Source: an uncultured Acidobacteriota bacterium (GTDB lineage: Bacteria; Acidobacteriota; Thermoanaerobaculia; UBA5066; DATFVB01). From it: DNA of 64,000 nt. Under the pieces are notes generated by a model that saw nothing but the letters and a program-made list of their open reading frames with translations, did not search any database and was not told the origin of the DNA. The translations under genes were made by a program, and so were the position numbers. The stretch is from NCBI GenBank assembly GCA_963813155.1, contig CAWEYG010000002.1, positions 256,001 through 320,000 of the forward strand. Direction: 5' to 3'. This document shows positions 1 through 11,200 of this stretch, one piece after another. The first letter of the stretch is position 1. Each line of letters begins with the position of its first letter.

Positions 1-184
1 GCAAGCAGAAGCGCGACAGCGAGGCGGCCGGGTCCTGTCCGGTGCCACCTTCCGGCTGTGCGTGGAGCCTTCAGCGGCTCTCGAGAAGACATCCGAATTC
101 CGCTCCTCCGCGCAGACGGAAGGTATCCGGCCCCGGCCACCCGGCCGCCCCGCATCGCTCGAACCTCAGGGGCTCTATCTCCCG

Positions 185-601
185 TCAGAGGAGCTCGCTC
201 TCCGCGAAGAAGAAAGAAACCTCGCGCGCGGCGTTTTCCGGGGAGTCGGAGCCGTGGATCGCGTTTCGCTCGATGTCGGTCCCGTAGAGGTTCCGAATCG
301 TCCCGGGATCCGCCTTCTTCGAGTCCGTCGCGCCCATCACCTTCCGGAGATGCGCGACCGCCTCCGAGCGCTCCAGCGCCAGGACCCACACGGGCCCTTC
401 GGTCATGAAAGACACGAGGGCCTGGTAGAACGGCCGGTCCTTGTGCACTTCGTAGAAGGCCAGCGCGAGAGCGGTCGAGAGCCGGACTTTCTTTCCGCCG
501 ACGAGGCGGAACCCCTCTTTCTCGAGGTGAGCGAGGATCGAGCCGACTTTGCCGGCTTTCACGGAATCGGGTTTCAGGATCGTGAGCGTTCGTTGCGACA
601 A
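185..601 (-). CDS. ndk: Nucleoside diphosphate kinase
   Basis: RTLTILKPD N-terminus, GTIRNLYG and NAIHGSDS catalytic His motif; TTG start. Confidence 0.97.
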   Translation of the reverse strand: MSQRTLTILKPDSVKAGKVGSILAHLEKEGFRLVGGKKVRLSTALALAFYEVHKDRPFYQALVSFMTEGPVWVLALERSEAVAHLRKVMGATDSKKADPGTIRNLYGTDIERNAIHGSDSPENAAREVSFFFAESELL

Positions 602-625
602 GTTCGAATCTCCTTTTCCTTTTTC

Positions 626-1528
626 CTAACCTAACCGCTTTTTCATCGCGCTGCCCAGCTCCGCCGGGCTCTGGACCACCGTGATTCCCGCTTCGGTCAG
701 CGCTTTCATCTTGTCGGCGGCCGTGCCCCTCCCGCCCGAAATGATCGCCCCGGCGTGCCCCATCCGCCGGCCGGGCGGGGCCGTCTGGCCCGCGATGAAC
801 GCGACGACCGGCTTCTCGCGCAGGTTCCCCGCGATCCAGCACGCGGCTTCCTCCTCCGCCATCCCGCCGATTTCGCCGATCAGGATCACCCCTTCGGTCC
901 CGGGATCGTCGCGAAACGCCTGGAGGACGTCGATGAAGTTCGTGCCGTTGACGGGATCTCCGCCGATCCCGACGCACGTCGACTGGCCGAGGCCGAGCTG
1001 CGTGAGCTGGTAGACCGCCTCGTACGTCAGCGTTCCGGAACGCGAAATGACCCCGACGGCTCCCGGCTTGTGGATGCGCCCCGGCATGATCCCGATCTTG
1101 CACTCGCCGGGAGTGATGATGCCGGGGCAATTCGGGCCGATCAACCGGACGGCCTTGGCTCCGCCGGCCGGCGCGCGCGTCGCGAGATCCAGCAGGTAGG
1201 CCTTCACGCGGATCATGTCGTTGACGGGGATTCCTTCGGTGATGCAGACGATGAGGCCCACTCCGGCATCGGCCGCCTCGAGAATCGCGTCCGCGGCGAA
1301 CGGCGGCGGAACGAAGATCATCGAGGCGTTCGCGCCCGTCTCCCGGACGGCGTCGGACACCGTGTTGAAAACGGGAATTCCCTCGTGGAGCGTTCCGCCC
1401 TTCCCGGGCGTCACTCCGGCGACGACCTGCGTGCCGTACTCGCGGCAGGCGAGCGCATGGAAGCTCCCCTCCCGTCCCGTCAGCCCCTGAACGAGAAGGC
1501 GCGTCTGTTTCCCGGCCCAGATCGCCAT
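626..1528 (-). CDS. sucD: Succinyl-CoA synthetase alpha subunit
   Basis: [31 protein letters not shown] motifs; ATG overlaps sucC stop (TGATG). Confidence 0.97.
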   Translation of the reverse strand: MAIWAGKQTRLLVQGLTGREGSFHALACREYGTQVVAGVTPGKGGTLHEGIPVFNTVSDAVRETGANASMIFVPPPFAADAILEAADAGVGLIVCITEGIPVNDMIRVKAYLLDLATRAPAGGAKAVRLIGPNCPGIITPGECKIGIMPGRIHKPGAVGVISRSGTLTYEAVYQLTQLGLGQSTCVGIGGDPVNGTNFIDVLQAFRDDPGTEGVILIGEIGGMAEEEAACWIAGNLREKPVVAFIAGQTAPPGRRMGHAGAIISGGRGTAADKMKALTEAGITVVQSPAELGSAMKKRLG

Positions 1529-2694
1529 CAGGCCGCCGCTCCGACGGCCAGGCAGACCTTTTTCGCCGCGTCTCCCAGGTCTTCCGCCGGCGTGATCTTG
1601 AGGCCCGATTCCCGAAGGATCTTCTTGCCCTCGTCCACGTTCGTGCCCTCGAGCCGCACGACGACCGGAATCTGCAGGCCCATTTCCGTGACGGCCGCGA
1701 CGACGCCTTTCGCGATGATGTCGCACCGCATGATGCCGCCGAAGATGTTGATGAGCACGGCCTTGACGTTTTTGTCGGAAAGGATGATGCGAAACGCGTT
1801 CTTGACCTGCTCCTCGGACGCGCCGCCGCCGACGTCGAGGAAATTCGCCGGCTCGCCCCCGTGCAGCTTGATGATGTCCATCGTCGCCATGGCGAGGCCC
1901 GCGCCGTTGACCATGCAGCCGACGTTCCCGTCGAGCTTGATGTAGTTGAGGCCGAACTTCGAGGCCTCCACTTCGAGAGGATCTTCCTCGGTGATGTCGC
2001 GCATCTCCTTGATCTCGGGATGGCGGAAGAGCGCGTTGTCGTCGAAGTTCATCTTTGCGTCGAGCGCGAGGATCTCCCCCGACTTCGTCACGACGAGCGG
2101 GTTGATCTCCGCGAGCGACGCGTCAGTTTCTGTATACGCCCGAAAGAGAGCCGGCAGAAAATCGAGCGCCTTCCGGTAGGCCGGACCCTCGAGCCCGAGG
2201 GCGAACGCAAGGCGCCGCGCCTGGAACGGAAGCATCCCGAGCGCCGGCACGAGCGTCTCCCGGAGGATCGCCGACGGGTCTTTCGCGGCGACCTCCTCGA
2301 TCTCCATGCCCCCCGAGCGCGAAATCATGGCGACCGGCTTCGCAGCGCCGCGGTCGAGCGTGATTCCGAGGTAGAGCTCGCGGGCGATGTCGAGCGCCTC
2401 TTCGACGAGGACCTTCCGAACCACGCGCCCCTCGGGGCCGGTCTGGTGCGTGACGAGGGTCATTCCGAGGATCGACTTTGCGGTCTCGTACGCCTCGTCG
2501 GGGTTTTTCGCGAGCTTGACGCCGCCGCCCTTGCCGCGCCCTCCGGCGTGGATCTGGGCCTTCACGACGCAGCGTCCGCCGAACTGTTTCGCGATCTCGC
2601 GCGCCTCGGCGGGGTTGTCGGTCACTTCGCCGCGCGGAATCGCGACGCCGAACTTCTGCAGGAGCAGCTTGGCCTGGTACTCGTGGACTTTCAT
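1528..2694 (-). CDS. sucC: Succinyl-CoA synthetase beta subunit
   Basis: [48 protein letters not shown]. Confidence 0.98.
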   Translation of the reverse strand: MKVHEYQAKLLLQKFGVAIPRGEVTDNPAEAREIAKQFGGRCVVKAQIHAGGRGKGGGVKLAKNPDEAYETAKSILGMTLVTHQTGPEGRVVRKVLVEEALDIARELYLGITLDRGAAKPVAMISRSGGMEIEEVAAKDPSAILRETLVPALGMLPFQARRLAFALGLEGPAYRKALDFLPALFRAYTETDASLAEINPLVVTKSGEILALDAKMNFDDNALFRHPEIKEMRDITEEDPLEVEASKFGLNYIKLDGNVGCMVNGAGLAMATMDIIKLHGGEPANFLDVGGGASEEQVKNAFRIILSDKNVKAVLINIFGGIMRCDIIAKGVVAAVTEMGLQIPVVVRLEGTNVDEGKKILRESGLKITPAEDLGDAAKKVCLAVGAAA

Positions 2695-2744
2695 CGCGCT
2701 TCGTTCACCAAACGCGCCATTCTAGCAGGCAACTTCTTCGAGCA

Positions 2745-3058
2745 CCCGCGCGCCGGCCCGATCGCGGCAGGCCCAGCGCCGCTCGGCAAGTCTCTTCGAC
2801 CCTCGGCCGCAGTTCGCTTTCCCTCGGGATCTCAGAGCCGGCCTGCGCCGGCGCGTTAGCCCCAGCCGCTCTCGGACCTTCGCTCGCGGAACTCGGCACT
2901 CCGGTGCGAGCCGAAGGACGGCGGCGACGGACGGCGGGGCCCGTTTGTGCGCGGTCCGCATGTCGTAGCCCGAGTCCGCTGGGCGACAGCGCGCAACCGG
3001 GGTACGTCCGGAGCGCAAGCAGGGCGCTGAGGCTAGCCGCGACTCGGGCCGAGCGAAG
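2745..3058. repeat. Highly self-complementary intergenic element (MITE-like or structured RNA)
   Basis: Nested inverted repeats cgcgccggc/gccggcgcg, gcaggcc/ggcctgc, cttcgctcg/cgagcgaag, gcccgagtc/gactcgggc; no credible ORF. Confidence 0.45.
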
Positions 3059-3059
3059 T

Positions 3060-3812
3060 TCACTTCCCGAATATGTTCTTGAGCGCCTGCATCGTCGTCG
3101 CGCGGTAGATCGCCGCGATCGACGTCGTCAGCGGAATCGACTTCGGGCAGACGCGCACGCAGTTCTGCGCGTTGCCGCAGTCGTTGATGCCTCCCTCTCC
3201 CATGACCGCCTCGAGCCGCTCGGCGGCGTTCATCTTTCCCGTCGGGTGCGAGTTGAACAGGGCGACCTGCGAAATCGCGGCGGCGCCGATGAAGTCGGAA
3301 CGGTCGTTGACCTGCGGACAGACGTCGAGGCAGTTGCCGCACGTGATGCACTGCGACAGGTGGTACGCGACTTCCCGCTCCGCCTCCGCCATGCGGGGGC
3401 CGGGCCCCAGGTCGTGCGTTCCGTCGATCGGGATCCACGCCTGAACGCGCTTGAGCGCGTCGAACATCCGGGACCGGTCGACCGCGAGGTCCCGCACGAC
3501 GGGGAATTTCGCGAGCGGTTCGATGACGATCGGCTGCTCCAGCGAGTCGACGAGCGCCGTGCAGCCCATCCGCGAAACGCCGTTGATCCGCATCGCGCAC
3601 GATCCGCACACCTCTTCGAGGCAGGCCGAGTCGTAGCAGACCGGCGAGGACTTCTTCCCGCCGCTGTCGACGGGGTTGCGCGCGTACGCCATCAGGCAGG
3701 CGAGCACGTTCATCATCGGAACGTGCGGAATCTCGAACTCCTCCCAGTACGACGGGGAATTCGGGGCGTCCTGGCGCTTCACGCGGACCCGGATCGTCTT
3801 TGCTTCAGGCAA
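3060..3812 (-). CDS. sdhB: Succinate dehydrogenase iron-sulfur subunit
   Basis: CLEEVCGSC 2Fe-2S motif, CITCGNCLDVCP and CGNAQNCVRVCPK clusters. Confidence 0.96.
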   Translation of the reverse strand: MPEAKTIRVRVKRQDAPNSPSYWEEFEIPHVPMMNVLACLMAYARNPVDSGGKKSSPVCYDSACLEEVCGSCAMRINGVSRMGCTALVDSLEQPIVIEPLAKFPVVRDLAVDRSRMFDALKRVQAWIPIDGTHDLGPGPRMAEAEREVAYHLSQCITCGNCLDVCPQVNDRSDFIGAAAISQVALFNSHPTGKMNAAERLEAVMGEGGINDCGNAQNCVRVCPKSIPLTTSIAAIYRATTMQALKNIFGK

Positions 3813-3813
3813 T

Positions 3814-5652
3814 TCAGTACTTCCTCGCCCGGGGCGTGATCTCGCCCGAATCGACGGGCCGGTACGAAATCTTCGGGCCGTCCGCCGAGTATTCGGCGAT
3901 CGTCGTTTTCAGGAAGTTCGCGTCGTCGCGCGGAAGGGCGTTCTCCCCCTCGAGCGGAAGCCCGAGATCCTTGACCTTGAAGTGGGCGCCGCGGGACTCG
4001 TTGCGGAGCAGCGCTCCCTTCGTGATGACGCGCGCGAGGTGAAGCATGTTCGTGAGCTGGTTCAAGAACGCGATCTCGCGGTTCGCGAACGTCGACGAAT
4101 CCGTCAGCTCGCAGTTCTTCCAGCGTTCCCCGAGCTCTTCGATCTTGTCGAGCGTCTGCTGGAGCTTTCCGTTCTCCCGCACCACGGTCACATTATCGGT
4201 CATCGTCTCGCCGAGCTCGTCGGAGAGCACGTGCGGGTTCTCTTTCCCCTTCATCCGCGCGAGCCCCGCAAACGTCTCCTGCCATTTCCTGCGGCCCGCT
4301 TCCAGCGCCGCTCCCGCGTCGGGGAGCTTCGAGGAGACTTCCCGCGCGTGGCGAACCATCGCGGGGCCGCCGATCCGGCCGGAGTAGATGCAGGACAGCA
4401 ACGAGTTGGCTCCAAGTCGATTCGCCCCGTGGTACGCGAAATCGACTTCGCCCGCGGCGTAGAGGCCGGGGATGTTCGTCGCCTGGTTCTTCGCCGACCC
4501 CTCGACGATGCCGCCGGACTTTTCGTCCTTCTCGAACGACGTCCAGAGACCTCCCATCGAGTAGTGCATACCCGGGAAGACCTTCATCGGCTCGCGCCGC
4601 GGGTCGACGCCGACGAACTTTTCGTAGATCTCCAGGATCCCGCCGAGCTTGCGGTCGATGTCGGCCTTCGGGAGGTGCGTGAGGTCGAGGTAGACCTCGC
4701 GCTTCCCGTCGATGCCCTTTCCGTCGAGGCAGATCTTGAAGATCTCCCGCGTCGCGATGTCGCGCGGGACGAGGTTTCCGTACGCGGGAAACTTCTCTTC
4801 GAGGAAGTACCAGCGGTCCGACTCGGGGATCGAGGTCGCCTCGCGCCGGTCGCCGACCGTGCGCGGCACCCACATCCGCCCGCCTTCGCCGCGGGCGGAT
4901 TCGGACATCAGGCGCAGCTTGTCCTGGCCCGGGATGCTCGTCGGGTGGACCTGGATGAACTCGCCGTTCGCGTACCAGGCGCCCTCCGCGTAGCAGGCGC
5001 CGGCCGCGGAGCCCGTGTTGATGACCGAATTCGTGGATTTGCCGAACACGATCCCGGGACCGCCCGTCGCCATCATCACGGCGGAAGCCGGGAACGCCTC
5101 GATCTTCATCGATTCCCAGTCGAGAGCGACGATCCCGCGGCAGTTGCCCGAGTCGTCGCGCACGAGGCCGAGAAACTCCCAGTACTCGTACTTGCGCACG
5201 AGGCCGCCCGCCTCGTGACGCCGCACCTGCTCGTCCAGCGCGTACAGCAGCTGCTGTCCCGTCGTCGCGCCCGCGTACGCCGTGCGATGATGTTTCGTCC
5301 CGCCGAACCGGCGAAAATCGAGCAGACCTTCCGGCGTCCGGTTGAACATCACGCCCATCCGGTCGAGCAGGTTGATCACCTGCGGCGCCGCGTAGCACAT
5401 GCCCTTGACGGGAGGCTGGTCGGCCAGGAAATCTCCGCCGTAGATCGTGTCGTCGAAGTGGATCTGGGGCGAGTCGCCCTCCCCCTTCGTGTTCACGGCG
5501 CCGTTGATGCCGCCCTGCGCGCACACGGAGTGGGACCGTTTCACGGGGACGATCGAGAAGAGATCGACGGGGACGCCCGCCTCCGCCGACTTGATCGCGG
5601 TCATCAGCCCCGCGAGGCCTCCGCCGACGATGACGAGCCGCTCGCTACCCAC
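3814..5652 (-). CDS. sdhA: Succinate dehydrogenase flavoprotein subunit
   Basis: GGGLAG FAD motif, RSHSVCAQGG covalent FAD His, HGANRLGANSL, ESRGAH; GTG start with GGAG upstream. Confidence 0.97.
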   Translation of the reverse strand: MGSERLVIVGGGLAGLMTAIKSAEAGVPVDLFSIVPVKRSHSVCAQGGINGAVNTKGEGDSPQIHFDDTIYGGDFLADQPPVKGMCYAAPQVINLLDRMGVMFNRTPEGLLDFRRFGGTKHHRTAYAGATTGQQLLYALDEQVRRHEAGGLVRKYEYWEFLGLVRDDSGNCRGIVALDWESMKIEAFPASAVMMATGGPGIVFGKSTNSVINTGSAAGACYAEGAWYANGEFIQVHPTSIPGQDKLRLMSESARGEGGRMWVPRTVGDRREATSIPESDRWYFLEEKFPAYGNLVPRDIATREIFKICLDGKGIDGKREVYLDLTHLPKADIDRKLGGILEIYEKFVGVDPRREPMKVFPGMHYSMGGLWTSFEKDEKSGGIVEGSAKNQATNIPGLYAAGEVDFAYHGANRLGANSLLSCIYSGRIGGPAMVRHAREVSSKLPDAGAALEAGRRKWQETFAGLARMKGKENPHVLSDELGETMTDNVTVVRENGKLQQTLDKIEELGERWKNCELTDSSTFANREIAFLNQLTNMLHLARVITKGALLRNESRGAHFKVKDLGLPLEGENALPRDDANFLKTTIAEYSADGPKISYRPVDSGEITPRARKY

Positions 5653-5664
5653 GACACGCACTCC

Positions 5665-5764
5665 CCCTCTCCCCTTGCGGGAGAGGGCCGGGGTGAGGGG
5701 TGGCGACCGTGGGCACCCTCACCCGGCGCGCGTACGCGCCACCCTCTCCCATCGAGGGAGAGGG
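5665..5764. repeat. REP-like palindromic doublet
   Basis: ccctctcccc-ttgc-gggagaggg-ccggggtgagggg followed by inverted ccctcaccc...ccctctccc-atcga-gggagaggg. Confidence 0.85.
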
Positions 5765-5780
5765 AATTCGGAGGTCGGCT

Positions 5781-6399
5781 CTATGTGAACGCAAAGATCG
5801 CCCTCACTCCGATGTAGCTGAGCACGACAAACACCGCGACCGAGACGTACTCCAGCCATTTCTGCGAGCGCGGGGACACCGTGATGCCCCAGACGATGCA
5901 GAAAGACCAGATGCCGTTCGCGAGGTGAAACGTGGCGGACAGGATGCCGAGGATCGTGAACGCGAGAAGCCACCGGTTCGCGACGATGCCCGCGACCTGC
6001 GCGTAGAGGTTCAGCTCTTCGTGGTTCACGACGTGGACGAAGCGGGTCGTCCAGAGGTGGAACAAGGATGTACGCGAAGAGGATCACGCCCGACACCCTC
6101 TGCAGGTTGTACATCCAGTTGCGGACGTAGGACTTCTGGTTCGGCGCGGCCGTCGCGGTGATGAAGAGCCCGTAGATGCCGTGGAAGAAGATGGGAACGC
6201 CGATGACGGCGATCTCGATCGCGAGCGAAAACGGCATCACCTGGAGCTTGTGGGCGACCTCGTTGTAGTGATCCGCGCCCTTCAGGGCCGCATAGTTTTC
6301 GTACAGGTGAAACGCGAGGAACCCGCCGATCGGGACGATGCCCGCCAGCGAGTGCAGCCGGTGAAGCCAGAAGTTGCGTTCGTCGCGGGGGGCTAGCAC
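5781..6399 (-). CDS. sdhC: Succinate dehydrogenase cytochrome b558 subunit (one frameshift near 6065, probably an assembly error)
   Basis: RLHSLAGIVP, FHLYEN, LQRVSG in one frame, then FHLWTTR and FHLANGIWSF in the next; Bacillus-type single anchor. Confidence 0.9.
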
Positions 6400-6403
6400 G
6401 ACA

Positions 6404-6506
6404 ACCTCACCCCGGCCTCACGGCCACCCCTCTCCATGTGGAGAGGGGAAGCGATCCCCACTCCTGCACCCCCTCTCCAACTGGAGAGGGGGATGGGGGG
6501 TGAGGT
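6404..6506. repeat. REP-like palindromic doublet
   Basis: cctcaccc...cccctctcc-atgt-ggagagggg and ccccctctcc-aact-ggagaggggg...ggtgagg. Confidence 0.8.
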
Positions 6507-7432
6507 CACACCTTCAGCAGGTCGCACAGCTCTTTCACCGCGTCCGCCGACTTCTTCAATCCCGCCTTTTCCTCGGCGGTCAGCTCGATCTGGATCACTT
6601 CCTCCGCGCCGCGCCTTCCGAGCTTCACCGGCACGCCGATGAAAAGGTCGCGGTAGCCGTACTCGCCGTTGAGGCTCACGGCGCACGGCAGGATCTTCTT
6701 CTTGTCCCGCAGGATCGCGTCGACCATCTCGACGACGGCGGAAGAAGGCGCGTAATAGGCCGAGCCGGTTTTGAGGTAGTTGACGATCTCGGCGCCGCCG
6801 TTTCGCGTGCGATCGACGATCTGGGCGACCTTCTCGGGGGACAGGAGCTCCGTGATCGGGATGCCCGCGACCGTCGAGTAGCGCGGCAGCGGCACCATCG
6901 TGTCGCCGTGGCCGCCCAGGACGAACGCGTGCGTGTTCTCGACGGAGACGTTCAGCGCCTCCGCGATGAACCAGCGCATGCGGGCGGAATCGAGGATCCC
7001 CGCCATGCCGATCACCCTCTCGCGGGGAAGCTTCGTGACGCGCTTGACGACTTCGCACATCGCGTCGAGCGGGTTCGAGACGACGATGAAGATCGCCTCG
7101 CGCGAATGCCGGAAGGCTTCCCGGCACACGGCTCCGACGATCTCCGTGTTCTTGTGGAGAAGGTCGTCGCGCGACATGCCGGGCTTGCGGGCGAGGCCGG
7201 CCGTGATGACGACGACGTCGGACCCGGCGCTCGCCTCGTACGTGTTCGAGCCGGAGATCATCGCGCCGAACTTCTCGACCGGCGCGGACTCCATCATGTC
7301 GAGCGCTTTGCCCTGCGGCAGGCCCTCGACGACGTCGATGAGGCAGACGTCGGCGATCTCCCGCTCGACGAGGCGCTGGGCGGCCGTGGCGCCCACGTTT
7401 CCCCCGCCGATGACGGTGACCTTGTGCTGCAT
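6506..7432 (-). CDS. mdh: Malate dehydrogenase (LDH-like)
   Basis: [37 protein letters not shown]. Confidence 0.96.
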   Translation of the reverse strand: MQHKVTVIGGGNVGATAAQRLVEREIADVCLIDVVEGLPQGKALDMMESAPVEKFGAMISGSNTYEASAGSDVVVITAGLARKPGMSRDDLLHKNTEIVGAVCREAFRHSREAIFIVVSNPLDAMCEVVKRVTKLPRERVIGMAGILDSARMRWFIAEALNVSVENTHAFVLGGHGDTMVPLPRYSTVAGIPITELLSPEKVAQIVDRTRNGGAEIVNYLKTGSAYYAPSSAVVEMVDAILRDKKKILPCAVSLNGEYGYRDLFIGVPVKLGRRGAEEVIQIELTAEEKAGLKKSADAVKELCDLLKV

Positions 7433-7484
7433 GCGAATCGGAATCTTATCGCAAGAGAAATTTTTCACAAGCGGGGAGCAGATG

Positions 7485-7554
7485 CCCCTCTCCTGGTGCT
7501 CACGCACCACCCTCTCCCTTGAGGGAGAGGGCAAGCGAAGCGCGGGAGAGGGGG
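7485..7554. repeat. REP-like palindrome; left direct repeat of DUF559 cassette
   Basis: 7485-7525 matches 7947-7987 at 37/41 nt; 7525-7554 is nearly the reverse complement of 20842-20871. Confidence 0.85.
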
Positions 7555-7570
7555 AACCCTGGCTACGCCG

Positions 7571-7927
7571 TCACGTTGAGAGAGCGTGAACGATTCTCTG
7601 GCAGACGCCTTCGGGATTCTTCACGAGCTCGTTGTTCCAGAACCGAAGAATTCGAATGCCCTGACTGGCCAGATATTGAGTTCGTTGATCGTCATAGGCG
7701 CGCTGATCGTCGAGAGCATGCCCTCCGCCGTCGAGCTCGATCGCCACTTTCGCTTCGAAACAGTAGAAATCCAGGATGTAGGGCCCCACTGGCTGCTGGC
7801 GCCGAAACTTGAATCCCGCAAGGTGTTTCCTGCGAAGGAAGTTCCAAAGTTTTTGCTCGGCTTCCGTCGGCGCCCTGCGCATCGATTTGGCGTGAATTCG
7901 AGTGGACCTGGCGACGCGAGGCATCAT
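7571..7927 (-). CDS. DUF559 / Vsr-like endonuclease domain protein
   Basis: AKSMRR.PTEAEQKLW, KFRRQQPVGPYILDFYC, AIELDGGGH, D..RT.YL...G.RILRFWN signature. Confidence 0.92.
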   Translation of the reverse strand: MMPRVARSTRIHAKSMRRAPTEAEQKLWNFLRRKHLAGFKFRRQQPVGPYILDFYCFEAKVAIELDGGGHALDDQRAYDDQRTQYLASQGIRILRFWNNELVKNPEGVCQRIVHALST

Positions 7928-7946
7928 GAAGACTTTATCGCGACGC

Positions 7947-8047
7947 CCCCTCTCCCGGTGCTCACGCATCCCCCTCTCCCTCGAGGGCAGCCTTAAGAAG
8001 ACGCGTAAACGCGGGAGGGAAGAGCGCCGCAGGCTAGAGAGAGGGGG
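7947..8047. repeat. REP-like element; right direct repeat of DUF559 cassette
   Basis: cccctctcccggtgctcacgcatccccctctccctcgaggg, closing with gagagagggggg-like arm. Confidence 0.75.
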
Positions 8048-8070
8048 ACGACCCGCCGACCGGGGGGCCC

Positions 8071-8100
8071 AAAAGGAACGGCGCCCGGTGAGGGCGCCGC
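8071..8100 (-). terminator. Intrinsic terminator downstream of the pilY1 operon
   Basis: Stem cggcgccc/gggcgccg followed by ttcctttt on the minus strand. Confidence 0.55.
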
Positions 8101-8201
8101 TGCTTCGTCCGAAGAATCAACCGATGCCTAACCGCTTACCGGTCTCCCAAATCGAGCAATCGCGCACATGAGACCGCGAGCGAAGCGATGCCACCACACT
8201 T

Positions 8202-8249
8202 CCCTCGCCCCTCGGGAGAGGGTGGCGGGCAACGCCCGCCGGGTGAGGG
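8202..8249. repeat. REP-like palindrome
   Basis: Reverse complement ccctcacccggcgggcgttgcccgccaccctctccc closely matches 5716-5750. Confidence 0.8.
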
Positions 8250-8276
8250 CGTCACGCAATCTCGAAATCATCGCCT

Positions 8277-11200
8277 CTACTGCTCCTTCCAGGACTTGAT
8301 CTTCACCGGAGTCGCATTGATCGACTGAAGCGTATCGAAGTTGACGGTATCACCGATGGAAATCGCCCTCATGCCCGATACGCCCTGTCCGGCACTCAGC
8401 GTCGTACCGTCCGACCGCTGGAAAGGGAAATGGGTACCGGCCGCGGTGTAGTAGTACACAACCGGGTCGCTCAGCAACTCGGTGTTGTTCCCATAGGCAC
8501 TCGGGAGAACCGGGTTGTTGCTCGAATTGACGACGTCGCTGACCCCAGTGGACGAGTTGAGAATCCACGCGAAAGCGCTCCCCTTCAGCTGACAGGCGCC
8601 AGCTACGTCAGGCAAATGAAGAAAGGTATTGAAAAAGAGAGTGTTGTTATTGTACACGCTCGTCGTATTGACGATTTGGGCGCCGGCCGTTCCAACCGGG
8701 AGCTGAAAATAGAACCCGTTCTTCTGCAGGCACGTGTTCGCACTTGAACACGAGGTCGTGTTTGTCGGACTCGTCAGATCGAGGTCGCCCGTGCCCCCAT
8801 AGACGTTTTCAAATAGCGGAAGCGTCGATTTCACAGGGGGATCGACAAGAACAACGTACGAGTTCGCCCGCGTGTCGGTCAAGATCGGCATGTTGTCCCG
8901 ATCTCCCGTGCCGAATGCGATCGCAAGCTTCGGAACGCCGGTCGACGTGGCGCCAATAATATAAACCGCCGGCGCCTGGAAAATTGGTTGCCGGACGAGC
9001 CCCGGAAACTGGGTCGTCAACAATGCGCTGGTCGAAGAGCTGTATTGATCGAAAAAGAGGGCGGGATTCCAGCTGGTGTCGGAATCTGAAATCCGCGCGT
9101 TTACCGTGTCGAACTGAGCTGGTGTCTCGAGCGCAACCTTCCAGAGTCTGCCCTGAGTGTCGCCAATATAGATCCGGTCGACATACCCGTCCAGATTGTA
9201 ATCAACGACAGCAGGCTCCGACGGAACTGCCGCCGGAAGGTTACCGGCCGAGGACGCGGAGCTCGTACCGGTGCTCCAGTTGCCGAGATTCCGCTTGTAG
9301 ATCACCTTTCCCGTCTCGACATCGATCATGTAAAGAAAATTGCCGGTTTGCCCACCGTTGTTCGTATTCGCGATTCCCGTCCCCGCGTTCTGATAACCAC
9401 CGCCGACAATCGCGACAAAGAAGTCTCGGAACACCGCAGTGCTCGTGTTGCAATTCGAAGTGCAGGTCTTGACCCGGCCGATGATGGGTCGCGACCAGGT
9501 CATTCCCATGTCCTGGGTATTGGCTTCCGTGGAAGCAGCCGTCTCCGTCGGGACCTGGGTAGCCGTCAACGAGCTCGGCTGATTCTGGTCGCCGATCTCC
9601 CAGAGAACCATGGGGTAGCTGTAAGTGCAACCGCTCGGGGCGGCGCCGAGCGTACCGCTGCCCGGAGCATTCACGAGACATTCCGGCGCTCCAACGAATC
9701 CGGATGTAGCGGTCGAGCTTTCGTGATTCGCCTTGTCGGGGTCCGTCACATCCAAAGCGAAGATCGTTCCGCCATTTCCGGAATTTCCGGTGGAAACGGT
9801 TATTCCGCCCTCGCGCTCAACCCCCACGACGACCGTCCGCCAATTGTGCGTTGCATCGGTTGAGACGGAGGTCGGAGGAACGACGCCGGTCGGAGTTCCG
9901 CCGACGTTGGCAAGATTGATGTAGACATCATCGACTTCGCTCGAGCCATCCAGCGTGTAGTCCTGCGTCGTCGTGTGAGTCAGCACGTCGAACTTTCGGA
10001 GAGCAGCGCGCGGGACGTAGGCAAAGATCTCTCGCCCGGAGCCCAGGTCGTTTTCGTTGGGGAATGCGAGAGTCTGGCTCCCCCCCGAGGTGAACGTCGA
10101 GGTGTCGCCGTTGTAGACGCCGATGTCGAAAGCGTGGAAGGTTCCGTCGTTGGCGCCGGCGAAAAGAACCTTCCGCCGGTATCGATGCGCGGCCTTGAAG
10201 TCGGCGTACGAGTGACCGTAGTTCGAGTAAAGGCCGGGAGTCGAAGCATTCGCGTCGAGCGTGAAAAGGTAGTCCGGGTCGTTTGGATAGGACGCGACCG
10301 CGGGATTCGAATGAAAGATGTCTCCCATCACGTCGGTGCCGTAACACGGAGTCGCGGTATTGACGATCGTGTTCCCGGAGGAGTCCTTGGTCGAAGCCAG
10401 AGAAGCGCACGTTGTGTTCGTCGCGCTGAATCCAATCAATTTCAGCGCTTCGACGACCGGATCCCGGTTGCCACGGAAGAAGGAGAAGTCATTCTGTGTC
10501 GCCTGATCGAGCGAGCTCTCCCCCGACAACGGCGCGCCTGTCGTGGCTCCGACCGCGAGGTAGCTTGACGAGGATTGGACGAAACTCCACCAGGACGGCA
10601 GCGTCGAAGGGGGACTCGGCGGCGTATAGGGCTCCGTCGTCGCATTCCCGCCGCTTCCCGTGGGAAGCTGAATGATGCATTCGACGTGATTTGTGGACGG
10701 GCAATTCGCATCTCCCGGTTTGAGGCTGAAGAAGATGCTCCGGCCAACCTGACCCGTCGCCTGGTCGTGAACCGAGTCACTCCAAGCTGTCCCCGCGGAA
10801 AGGACCTGCGTCGGGTCGGTAAGGCTGGAGACGCCGAGGATTCCAAAGCTTCCCGAAAAGTCGCTCGGCTTGTTTCCCGCATCCCAGATCAGACTCCCCG
10901 ATGCGGGAGACGTGCCCGTCGCATAGGTCCATGTGGTCTGAAGAGGGAAGCCATTCGAGTCGAGCTGAATCTTCCCGGTCGTCGGATCCAGGAAATACGC
11001 CCGCAGGTGCCCCGACCAGAGAGAATGGTTGTCGTGAGGGTTGAAGACGGACAGGTAAGCAATACCTTCCGAGCTGGCGGACACCGACGGAATCGTCGCG
11101 GTCGCGAAATCGCGCGTCGCTGTATTCAGCTGCCCCAAAATCGATTTCAAGTCTGCCTGCAAGCCATCGGAATCGGTTGCTTCGAAGTAGCCCTGCTGAC

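Noticed and set aside
1-184. Coding or RNA feature at window start
   Set aside because: No recognisable motif; ORFs here are antisense to ndk or low-complexity
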